From assembly GCA_965603095.1 (NCBI GenBank), contig CBFDBQ010000009.1, positions 18,174 through 42,173 of the forward strand: a stretch of 24,000 nt of DNA, read 5' to 3'. Made by a program: the position numbers and the translations under genes. This DNA is from an uncultured Thalassospiraceae bacterium. GTDB lineage: Bacteria > Pseudomonadota > Alphaproteobacteria > Rhodospirillales > Magnetovibrionaceae. The notes under the pieces are model-generated. The model was given only the letters and a program-made list of their open reading frames with translations, ran no database searches and was not told the DNA's origin. Below, piece by piece: positions 6,860-14,104 of the stretch. Positions within the stretch are counted from its first letter, which is position 1, and each line of letters begins with the position of its first letter.

Positions 6860-8656
6860 CTATATATCCTTGTCCTGAACATCCAGATCAAATTGCAATG
6901 CGGCTAGGTGTGCATACAGAGCGCTGGATTTTAATAATTCTGTATGGGTACCACTTGCTACCGGCCGTCCATTTTCAATCACCACTATGCGATCGGCGTT
7001 GACCACGGTGGCCAGTCGGTGGGCAATTACCAGCGTAGTCCGGCCAGCCTTTAATTTTTCCAAAGCCATTTGCACCAATCTCTCGTTTTCGGCGTCGAGC
7101 GCACTGGTTGCTTCGTCCAATAACAATACCGAAGGGTCGCGCAATAAAGCCCGCGCCAGAGAAATACGCTGGCGTTGCCCGCCCGATAAACGTACACCCT
7201 TTTCGCCAAGAAAAGTTGCGAAGCCATCCGGGAGCTGGTCGAGGAATTCAGCCGCGGCCGCGGCCTCTGCCGCCCTGCGAACAGATGCATCGTCGGCCTG
7301 AGGCTGGCCATAGCGTATATTTTCCCAACCGTTGGTGCCGAAAATTACTGGGTCCTGTGGCACAAAGGCAAAACTTTCACGCACCGCCTTGATGTCGGCG
7401 CTACGGATATCTATCCCATCAAGAAGCACACTTCCCAATTCCGGGTCATAGAAACGCAATAATAACTGAAATACCGTTGATTTTCCCGCTCCCGAAGGTC
7501 CAACCAGCGCCACCGTTTCGCCAGGATTAACATCGAGCGAGAAATCCACTAACGCCGCCCGGTCGGGGCGTGAAGGATAATGAAAGGTGACATTTTTAAA
7601 ACTGACCCGTCCCTCAGATGGAATGGGCAGGGTAGTGGGGTGTTCGGGTGAACTGATTTCCGGCACTTCCTCAAGCAATTCGATTAGTCGTTCGGTCGCA
7701 CCGGCGGCGCGGAGAAGCTCTCCATAGACCTCGCTGATAACGCCAACCGAAAAGGCGACAATAGTGGCATAATAAATAAACGCCGCTAGCTCGCCGCCGC
7801 TGATTTTGCCCGCCAGCATATCCCGGCCCCCAATCCACAATATCCCGGCGATTGCGCCGAAGACTAACAAGATAACAATCGCAGTCAGCAGACCGCGCAT
7901 GCGGATGCGCCGAACTGCAACCTGAAACGCATTGTTAACTTCACCGCCAAAACGCTTTCGGTCTTCGGCTTCATGGGTAAAGGCCTGCACCGTGCGAATG
8001 GCATTGATGGATTCTTCGGCAAAGGCACCAACATCGGCAACTCTGTCTTGGCTGGCGCGCGACAGTTTTCTGACCCGGCGACCGAAAATCATGATTGGGG
8101 CCACAACTACGGGAACCAAAAGCAAAACCATAGTCGTCAAGCGTGGGTTGGTGATGAACAGCATAATAATTCCACCCACAAGATTAATCGCATTACGTAG
8201 CGCCATAGACGCGGAAGAGCCGATAACAGATTGCAACAATGTCGTATCGGTGGTCAGCCGTGACAGGACTTCGCCGGTTTTGGTGGTTTCAAAAAATCCG
8301 ATATGCAGAGCCAGCACACGCTCGTATACGGCTTGGCGCAGGTCGGCCACTACCCGCTCGCCCAGCCACGATACCAGATAAAATCTAACGTAGGTTCCAA
8401 ACGCCATAATCACGGACAAACCCAATAGTAAAAACAGGGCACGATCCAGCGCCGCTGCGTTGCCGTTGGCAAAACCATTGTCGACCAGTTCGCGTAACCC
8501 CTGACCCAACCCTAGAACCGCCAACGCGGTAACGGTTAGCGCCACAATTGCACCAATAACTTGGCGCCAATAGGGTTTGAGAAATCCCGCCGTTTGTGAC
8601 AGGTAACGTAAATCCCGTCCCTTGGGACGGTCTGACGATGCACTGGATTGAGCCAA
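6860..8656 (-). CDS. Fused ABC exporter (transmembrane domain + ATPase), MsbA/ABCB-like
   Basis: It has a six-helix exporter domain, Walker A GPSGAGKST, signature LSGGQRQRISLARA, Walker B LLLDEATSALD and H-loop IAHRL. The start is TTG at 8656 with AGGGA upstream. Confidence 0.9.
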   Translation of the reverse strand: MAQSSASSDRPKGRDLRYLSQTAGFLKPYWRQVIGAIVALTVTALAVLGLGQGLRELVDNGFANGNAAALDRALFLLLGLSVIMAFGTYVRFYLVSWLGERVVADLRQAVYERVLALHIGFFETTKTGEVLSRLTTDTTLLQSVIGSSASMALRNAINLVGGIIMLFITNPRLTTMVLLLVPVVVAPIMIFGRRVRKLSRASQDRVADVGAFAEESINAIRTVQAFTHEAEDRKRFGGEVNNAFQVAVRRIRMRGLLTAIVILLVFGAIAGILWIGGRDMLAGKISGGELAAFIYYATIVAFSVGVISEVYGELLRAAGATERLIELLEEVPEISSPEHPTTLPIPSEGRVSFKNVTFHYPSRPDRAALVDFSLDVNPGETVALVGPSGAGKSTVFQLLLRFYDPELGSVLLDGIDIRSADIKAVRESFAFVPQDPVIFGTNGWENIRYGQPQADDASVRRAAEAAAAAEFLDQLPDGFATFLGEKGVRLSGGQRQRISLARALLRDPSVLLLDEATSALDAENERLVQMALEKLKAGRTTLVIAHRLATVVNADRIVVIENGRPVASGTHTELLKSSALYAHLAALQFDLDVQDKDI

Positions 8657-8670
8657 AGAATAATCCCTGT

Positions 8671-8874
8671 TTAAGCTATTATGTTTGGGATGCCGCCGCT
8701 TTCAATAATAAGTATCTGGTCTTTTATATAAAGCTTGCGCTTTTTAAGTCGCTGCATCTGAAGCTGGTCAACATCACTGTCCAATGACAATCTTTCGATT
8801 ACATCATCAAGGTCGCGGTGTTCAATTTTTAGCTGTTCTAATTGATGCAACTTGTTGTTGTCTTGATCGACCAT
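8671..8874 (-). CDS. DUF465 (YdcH-like) small coiled-coil protein
   Basis: It shows the family pattern LEQLKIEHRDLDDVIERL ... LQMQRLKKRKLYIKDQI. It ends 15 nt upstream of the ABC exporter start, so the two are probably co-transcribed. Confidence 0.8.
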   Translation of the reverse strand: MVDQDNNKLHQLEQLKIEHRDLDDVIERLSLDSDVDQLQMQRLKKRKLYIKDQILIIESGGIPNIIA

Positions 8875-9019
8875 AATATCCCCGTTTGCGCTGGAGGGAC
8901 TTTAGCACAATTATTTCAAGCACAAAGACGTCATTAAATGTTAGCTAAAATAGTGGATTTTTTCATTTTCAGGCATTAAGATTTAAGGCTTAGGCAGCTC
9001 GAACCAGGGAGAAAAAAAT

Positions 9020-9187
9020 ATGGGACAGAAAGACCGGATTGTTTCACTCGAAGCCCGTCACCACGAACTTGAAGAAGCCATTAACGCACAGGCCGCAAGG
9101 CCACATCCCAACGAAGACGAAATTCATTCCCTGAAAAAAGAAAAACTCCGAATAAAAGATGAAATTAACACGCTTAGTAACGTCTAG
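9020..9187 (+). CDS. DUF465 (YdcH-like) small protein, 55 aa, absent from the ORF track
   Basis: My own translation is MGQKDRIVSLEARHHELEEAINAQAARPHPNEDEIHSLKKEKLRIKDEINTLSNV*. It shows the DUF465 pattern (H.ELE..I ... LKKEKLRIKDEI). An AGGGAG site lies 8 nt before the ATG at 9020. The stop is TAG at 9185-9187. Confidence 0.7.
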   Translation: MGQKDRIVSLEARHHELEEAINAQAARPHPNEDEIHSLKKEKLRIKDEINTLSNV

Positions 9188-9310
9188 GCAGTGCCTAGGT
9201 AATGCATAGCTAGCGCTTGCGCTTCAATATTACTACACTTTCATAGGTTTTAAATAATGGCTCATAGCTACCCATAATTCTTAAACGGGTTGGGGCCTTT
9301 GGGAGGACGT

Positions 9311-11218
9311 ATGTCAAATCCATATGAACAGGCGCACAAAAGGTCAATTACCGATCCAGAAGGGTTCTGGGCAGAGGTGGCGCGCGATATCAAATGGGAT
9401 AGCCCGTGGGAAAAAGTTTTAGATCAATCCAGCCCACCGTTTTATCGCTGGTTCAGCGGCGCCACATGCAATACCTGTTTTAATGCACTTGATATTCATG
9501 TGGAAGAGGGCCGTGGCGATCAGGCGGCATTAATATACGACAGCCCGATGACCGGCGGCACAAAAAAAACCTACACATATTCAGAATTGCTAGGCGAAGT
9601 CGCATTGTTTGCTGGCGCCCTAAAAGACCAAGGCGTTAAAAAAGGCGATAGGGTAATTATATACATACCAATGATACCCGAGGCCGCAATTGCAATGCTT
9701 GCCGTGGCACGGATTGGCGCGGTTCATTCGGTGGTGTTTGGTGGCTTTGCCGCGGCTGAACTTGCTACCCGTATTGATGATGCCAAACCCAAAGTAATGG
9801 TATCGGCCAGTTGCGGGCTAGAGCCGGGCCGCACCATTGAATACAAACCGTTGCTAGATGGTGCCATTGATATGGCAAAACACAAGCCCGATACCTGCAT
9901 AATTTTTCAACGCCCAAGCGCCACCGCCAAGATGAACTCCGAGCGAGATGTCGATTGGGCCGATGCCGTATCTAAGGCAGAACCGGCCGACCCAGTATCG
10001 GTTGCGGCAACAGATCCGCTTTATATTTTATATACATCTGGCACCACTGGCGTTCCAAAAGGAATTGTTCGCGATAACGGCGGGCATATGGTCGCGCTTA
10101 AGTGGACAATGAAAGCCATTTACGATGTTGGCCCGGGAGATGTTTTTTGGTCGGCATCCGATGTTGGCTGGGTTGTTGGGCATAGCTATATAGTCTACGG
10201 GCCCTTGTTAGCCGGCTGTACCACGGTAATGTTTGAAGGAAAGCCCGTCGGCACACCCGATGCGGGTGCGTTCTGGCGAGTAATTTCAGAACACAATGTG
10301 AAAGCATTGTTCACGGCGCCTACTGCTTTTCGCGCTATCAAACGTGACGACCCAGATGCAAAGCTAATGAAAAAATATGATCTTAGTAATTTTAAGACGC
10401 TTTTTTTGGCAGGCGAAAGAACCGATCCCGATACATTGGAATGGGCTGAAAAAAATCTTGGCACGCCGGTAATTGATCATTGGTGGCAAACTGAAACCGG
10501 CTGGGCCATAGCTTCCAATTGCATGGGCTTGCACGCATTTCCGGTCAAGGCAGGATCGCCGACCAAGGCGGCGCCCGGGTGGGACGTGCAGGTTTTGGGC
10601 GAAGATAATAAACCTGTAAAGCCCGGCGATATTGGCGCCATTTGTTGCAGGCTGCCATTACCGCCCGGAACCCTGCCGACGCTATGGAATGCCGATGCGC
10701 GTTATGTTGAAGCATATCTTGATGATTATCCGGGTTTTTACAAAACCGGTGATGCCGGATATATGGACGAAGATGATTACATTTATGTAATGACCAGAAC
10801 CGATGACATAATAAATGTTGCCGGACACAGGCTTTCCACCGGACAAATGGAAGAAGTTTTATCGGCTCACCCAGATGTTGCCGAATGTGCGGTCATTGGT
10901 GTTGGCGATGATTTGAAGGGACAGTTGCCGCTTGGCTTTGTGGTGCTTAAATCTGGGGTTGAACGCGACCACGATGAAATAATAAAAGAAGTAGTAGCCA
11001 TGGTCCGCAAACAAATTGGTCCGGTTGCGGCATTTAAAACTGCAACGGTGGTAGCTCGTTTGCCAAAAACAAGATCAGGAAAAATACTGCGGGGAACCAT
11101 GCAAAAAATTGCTGATAATCAGGAATACAAAGCCCCCGCAACCATTGACGACCCAGCCATATTGCCGGAAATAAAAGTGGCATTGGAAAGCGTTGGTTAC
11201 GCTGGTGCCAGAGGGTAA
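9311..11218 (+). CDS. prpE: Propionate--CoA ligase / acyl-CoA synthetase (AMP-forming)
   Basis: The N-terminus MSNPYEQAHKRSITDPEGFWAEVARDIKWDSPWEKVLD is PrpE-like. AMP-binding motifs YTSGTTGVPKG and YKTGD are present, as is the C-terminal catalytic Lys context SGKILR. GGGAGGA precedes the ATG at 9311. Confidence 0.85.
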   Translation: MSNPYEQAHKRSITDPEGFWAEVARDIKWDSPWEKVLDQSSPPFYRWFSGATCNTCFNALDIHVEEGRGDQAALIYDSPMTGGTKKTYTYSELLGEVALFAGALKDQGVKKGDRVIIYIPMIPEAAIAMLAVARIGAVHSVVFGGFAAAELATRIDDAKPKVMVSASCGLEPGRTIEYKPLLDGAIDMAKHKPDTCIIFQRPSATAKMNSERDVDWADAVSKAEPADPVSVAATDPLYILYTSGTTGVPKGIVRDNGGHMVALKWTMKAIYDVGPGDVFWSASDVGWVVGHSYIVYGPLLAGCTTVMFEGKPVGTPDAGAFWRVISEHNVKALFTAPTAFRAIKRDDPDAKLMKKYDLSNFKTLFLAGERTDPDTLEWAEKNLGTPVIDHWWQTETGWAIASNCMGLHAFPVKAGSPTKAAPGWDVQVLGEDNKPVKPGDIGAICCRLPLPPGTLPTLWNADARYVEAYLDDYPGFYKTGDAGYMDEDDYIYVMTRTDDIINVAGHRLSTGQMEEVLSAHPDVAECAVIGVGDDLKGQLPLGFVVLKSGVERDHDEIIKEVVAMVRKQIGPVAAFKTATVVARLPKTRSGKILRGTMQKIADNQEYKAPATIDDPAILPEIKVALESVGYAGARG

Positions 11219-11252
11219 CCAGAGGATAAGAGTATAAAAAGAAATTAGAAAA

Positions 11253-11290
11253 TCCACCGCTACCTTTTATGGCAACGGCGGATTTTTATT
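11253..11290 (+). terminator. Probable intrinsic terminator after prpE (imperfect stem)
   Basis: TCCACCG ... CGGCGGA forms a stem with one mismatch and is followed by TTTTTATTTT. It lies between convergent genes. Confidence 0.45.
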
Positions 11291-11320
11291 TTCTTATATT
11301 TTCTTATATTTTCTTATTCT
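11291..11320. repeat. Tandem 10-bp repeat, three copies (TTCTTATATT, TTCTTATATT, TTCTTATTCT)
   Basis: Read directly from the sequence. The third copy contains the stop codon of the minus-strand DUF1013 gene. Confidence 0.8.
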
Positions 11321-12063
11321 TTATCTGAATTGGATTGCCCAAAGACTGATGCAATATCAGGTTCCGGCTCGTCGGTACTTTCAACCGGCTTTGCCTCACC
11401 AAACACAGATTCTGCAGTTGGCGCAGGTTTATATGCAGGCTCGTCTTCAGCTTCTGGAATAATTTCTGGTGCCGGCGCCGGCGCCGGGATGGTTTTGCCC
11501 AGTCTTTTTGCTTCTTTTTCTTCGGCCAGACGAGTACGCTCTGCTTTGCGGCGTGCCAGCTCAACCATTTTTACCAATTCTGATTCGCTGCAAAGGCCAA
11601 GACCTACTGGGCTTTGTGGTTTTATGGTTGAAATATTCCAGTGGGTACGTTCCCTAATGGATTTGATGGTGGTTTTGGTTGTGCCAATCAGGCGCGCAAT
11701 TTGTGCATCTATCATTTCCGGATGATGTTTGATTAGCCACGCAATTGCATCGGGGCGGTCTTGGCGTTTTGATACCGGGGTATAACGCGCACCTTTGCCA
11801 CGAGCCTTGGGCTGGGGCAACGTTGCTTTAAGCATCTTAAGTTTTGCGCGCGCGTTGTTTTGGCACCTTTCCAGTTCTTCCTGCGAAATGAAACCGCCTT
11901 TAACCGGGTCGGCACCATGCATTCCAACTGCGACGTCACCGTCGGCAATCGCCTGAATTTCAAGCGGATGAAGCGAACAATATTCTGCAATTTGCTCGAA
12001 CGTTAATGTTGTGTTTTCAACTAGCCACACGGCTGTTGCTTTTGGCATCAATGGCTGCGCCAT
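11314..12063 (-). CDS. DUF1013 family protein (TrcR-like cell-cycle regulator family) with a disordered Pro/Glu-rich tail
   Basis: The N-terminus MAQPLMPKATAVWLVENTTLTFEQIAEYCSLHPLEIQAIADGDVA is characteristic of alphaproteobacterial DUF1013. A second helix-turn-helix-like module reads QIARLIGTTKTTIKSIRERTHWN. An AAGGAA site lies upstream. Confidence 0.8.
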   Translation of the reverse strand: MAQPLMPKATAVWLVENTTLTFEQIAEYCSLHPLEIQAIADGDVAVGMHGADPVKGGFISQEELERCQNNARAKLKMLKATLPQPKARGKGARYTPVSKRQDRPDAIAWLIKHHPEMIDAQIARLIGTTKTTIKSIRERTHWNISTIKPQSPVGLGLCSESELVKMVELARRKAERTRLAEEKEAKRLGKTIPAPAPAPEIIPEAEDEPAYKPAPTAESVFGEAKPVESTDEPEPDIASVFGQSNSDKE

Positions 12064-12082
12064 AAAATTTATTCCTTAAACA

Positions 12083-12108
12083 AAATCATTGAGGTAAATC
12101 ATTGAGGT
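12083..12108. repeat. Perfect tandem 13-bp direct repeat (AAATCATTGAGGT x2) in the DUF1013 leader/promoter
   Basis: Read directly from the sequence. It lies 20-45 nt upstream of the minus-strand start codon at 12063. Confidence 0.85.
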
Positions 12109-12205
12109 TAGCGGATTTATCAGGATTTCCGCGACCAATAAGCAATGTTTTTATTCCAATTTTAGGGTCGGGTAAACCGCATAAGGTGCCTTGAGGGCAA
12201 TTTTT

Positions 12206-13216
12206 TTACGTTTCTAGCACTATTTTACCAATATGGAGGCTAGATTCCATTAAAGCGTGGGCTTTTGACGCCATTTCCAGCGGAAAAGTCGCATGCACAA
12301 CAGGTCGGATGGAACCTGATTTAAGCAGTGGCCAGACGGTTTTTTCAAGATTTTGAGCAATTTCACCCTTGAATTCAGGGCTTCTGGCCCGAAGAGTTGA
12401 CCCTGTCATGGTCAAACGTTTTAGCATAACAGCCATAAGGTCTATTTCTACCTTGGAGCCATTTAGGAAAGCTATGTTTACCAGCCGCCCATCGGGGGCC
12501 AGCGATTTAATATTTTTAGCAACGTAATCGCCGCCGACCATATCCAAAATTACATTAACCCCAGATGTTCCGTTATGTTTTTTGCCAAACTCACGGGTGG
12601 CCTCGACAAAATCTTCGTCTCTGTAATTGATCGCACGTTCGGCGCCAAGGTCTAAACAGGCTTTGCATTTTTCGTCCGAGCCAGCTGTGGTAATTACATG
12701 AACTCCTAGGGCGCTTGTAATTTGTATGGCAGCAGTTCCGATACCGCTGGAACCACCATGAATTAAAAGCGTTTCACCAGGCTTTAACGCCGCCCGGTCA
12801 AATAGATTGCTCCACACGGTGAAAAAAGTTTCCGGCAGGGATGCGGCCTCAACCATGGAAAGTCCATCTGGTATATTCAAGCATTGAGGCGCAGGGGTGC
12901 AAACATATTGGGCATAACCGCCACCGTTTAAAAGGGCGGTTACTTTATCGCCAATATTGAAACTAGGAACGCCCTTGCCAACAGCCATAACCGTCCCAGC
13001 CGCTTCAAGGCCTAAAATATCACTGGCACCACTTGGGGCTGGATAAAGGCCTTTGCGTTGTAAAATATCTGGTCGGTTTATCCCGGCGGCAGCAATTTTG
13101 ATAAGGACCTCGCCCTTGCCGGGTATGGGTACCGGGCGCTCAGATGCTATTAAATCAGAGGCATCTGGGCCTTTGATTTCTATTGCCGTCATGGTGCTGG
13201 GTATTAATTCGCTCAT
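12206..13216 (-). CDS. NAD(P)H:quinone oxidoreductase (zeta-crystallin / PIG3-type MDR)
   Basis: It is a medium-chain dehydrogenase fold lacking the Zn ligands. Supporting motifs are the GINRPDILQRKGLYP motif and the nucleotide-binding motif LIHGGSSGIGTAAIQ. Confidence 0.88.
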   Translation of the reverse strand: MSELIPSTMTAIEIKGPDASDLIASERPVPIPGKGEVLIKIAAAGINRPDILQRKGLYPAPSGASDILGLEAAGTVMAVGKGVPSFNIGDKVTALLNGGGYAQYVCTPAPQCLNIPDGLSMVEAASLPETFFTVWSNLFDRAALKPGETLLIHGGSSGIGTAAIQITSALGVHVITTAGSDEKCKACLDLGAERAINYRDEDFVEATREFGKKHNGTSGVNVILDMVGGDYVAKNIKSLAPDGRLVNIAFLNGSKVEIDLMAVMLKRLTMTGSTLRARSPEFKGEIAQNLEKTVWPLLKSGSIRPVVHATFPLEMASKAHALMESSLHIGKIVLET

Positions 13217-13297
13217 TCTTTGGGTTTAAACTGACCCGGGCTTTGATACAATAGGGCTTAGTAAAAAATAGATATGTAAAAAACGGGAATTACTGTC

Positions 13298-13480
13298 ATG
13301 GATGACGAAGATCTGGAATTGAGCCACATCAAAAAAAATAAGGTAAATCTGGATGAAATGTCCATCGAGGCCATTGGCGAGCATATTGCCAATCTAGAGG
13401 TCGAAATTGAGCGGGCAAAGGTGGCCATAAAGCTCAAGGAAGGAGCCAGAGATGGCGCGAATTCCCTTTTTAAGACCTAA
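13298..13480 (+). CDS. DUF1192 small coiled-coil protein
   Basis: The 60-aa ORF shows the family pattern LDEMSIEAIGEHIANLEVEIERAKVAIKLKEGARDGANSLFK. Confidence 0.75.
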   Translation: MDDEDLELSHIKKNKVNLDEMSIEAIGEHIANLEVEIERAKVAIKLKEGARDGANSLFKT

Positions 13481-13592
13481 ATGCAACTGAAGGGCCTGCG
13501 GATCACTTTAATGTTCTATTAATGGTAGAGTATTAGGCTAATTGTGTCGGACGGCGTTTATATTGGCCTCCGACGCCTCCCTGTTAGACTTG

Positions 13593-13623
13593 CGCCACCC
13601 CTTTTGGGGGTGGCGTCTTTTTT
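13593..13623 (+). terminator. Rho-independent terminator
   Basis: CGCCACCCC-TTTTG-GGGGTGGCG forms a 9-bp GC-rich stem followed by TCTTTTTT. Confidence 0.8.
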
Positions 13624-13750
13624 CTCAATAATGAACCTATTTGTTTTCTTGACCATGCTCGGTCGCGTGGTAAGGTCCTTCGGTCTTAACAATAATAATT
13701 CGCGAGTTTAACAGGGCTCACAGCAATACATAAAAAACAGTGTTTTTGAG

Positions 13751-13785
13751 GGGTCGCTTTTTTAGGCGACCCTTTCTATTTTCTT
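13751..13785 (+). terminator. Terminator-like hairpin with a plus-strand T-tract and no annotated plus-strand gene upstream
   Basis: The hairpin is GGGTCGC-TTTTTTAG-GCGACCC followed by TTTCTATTTTCTT. On the minus strand the stem is not directly followed by a U-run. Confidence 0.5.
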
Positions 13786-13808
13786 GGCTGTTTTCTTGGC
13801 TATTTTTT

Positions 13809-14021
13809 TTAAGTGTCTTTTTTGGCTCCGGTGTTAATTCCAAAAATTGCATATGGCGGACACCATTTAATTGTTGCGGTGCCAAGCATCATCCCACCAA
13901 TTACAATGGAGCCCCAAAATGACCATTGGCCAAGACCGGGATAAAGAAATGCAGTTGCAATTAGGGCAGTGCCGACAATGGCTCTGGTTGAGCGATCAAT
14001 TGTTCCAACGTTAGCTTCCAT
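13809..14021 (-). CDS. DUF2892 (YgaP-like) small membrane protein
   Basis: The translation MEANVGTIDRSTRAIVG ... TATIKWCPPYAIFGINT matches the NxGxxDR ... CPxY family pattern with two hydrophobic helices. The ATG at 14021 is preceded by GAGGAGGG. The ORF-track start at 14051 is probably an over-extension. Confidence 0.75.
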   Translation of the reverse strand: MEANVGTIDRSTRAIVGTALIATAFLYPGLGQWSFWGSIVIGGMMLGTATIKWCPPYAIFGINTGAKKDT

Positions 14022-14104
14022 AATAATTCCCTCCTCAAGGGTTTGTTGCAATAAATAACAGCGGCCATATTGATGCCTAGTGATTTCATATTGGTTAATT
14101 ATTA

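Noticed and set aside
6987-8381. Several 75-149-aa ORFs on the plus strand and in alternate minus-strand frames inside the ABC exporter gene. Similar shadow ORFs lie inside purK, purE, prpE, the MFS gene and the MotA/MotB-like genes.
   Set aside because: All are nested within genes that have strong family signatures. They have biased composition and lack ribosome-binding sites, so they are shadow ORFs.
11291-11320. Tandem repeats here and at 13781-13800 and 19306-19340 considered as a possible CRISPR or minisatellite.
   Set aside because: The units are only 10-13 bp with 2-3 copies and no spacers. They are AT-rich slippage-type repeats, not CRISPR arrays.
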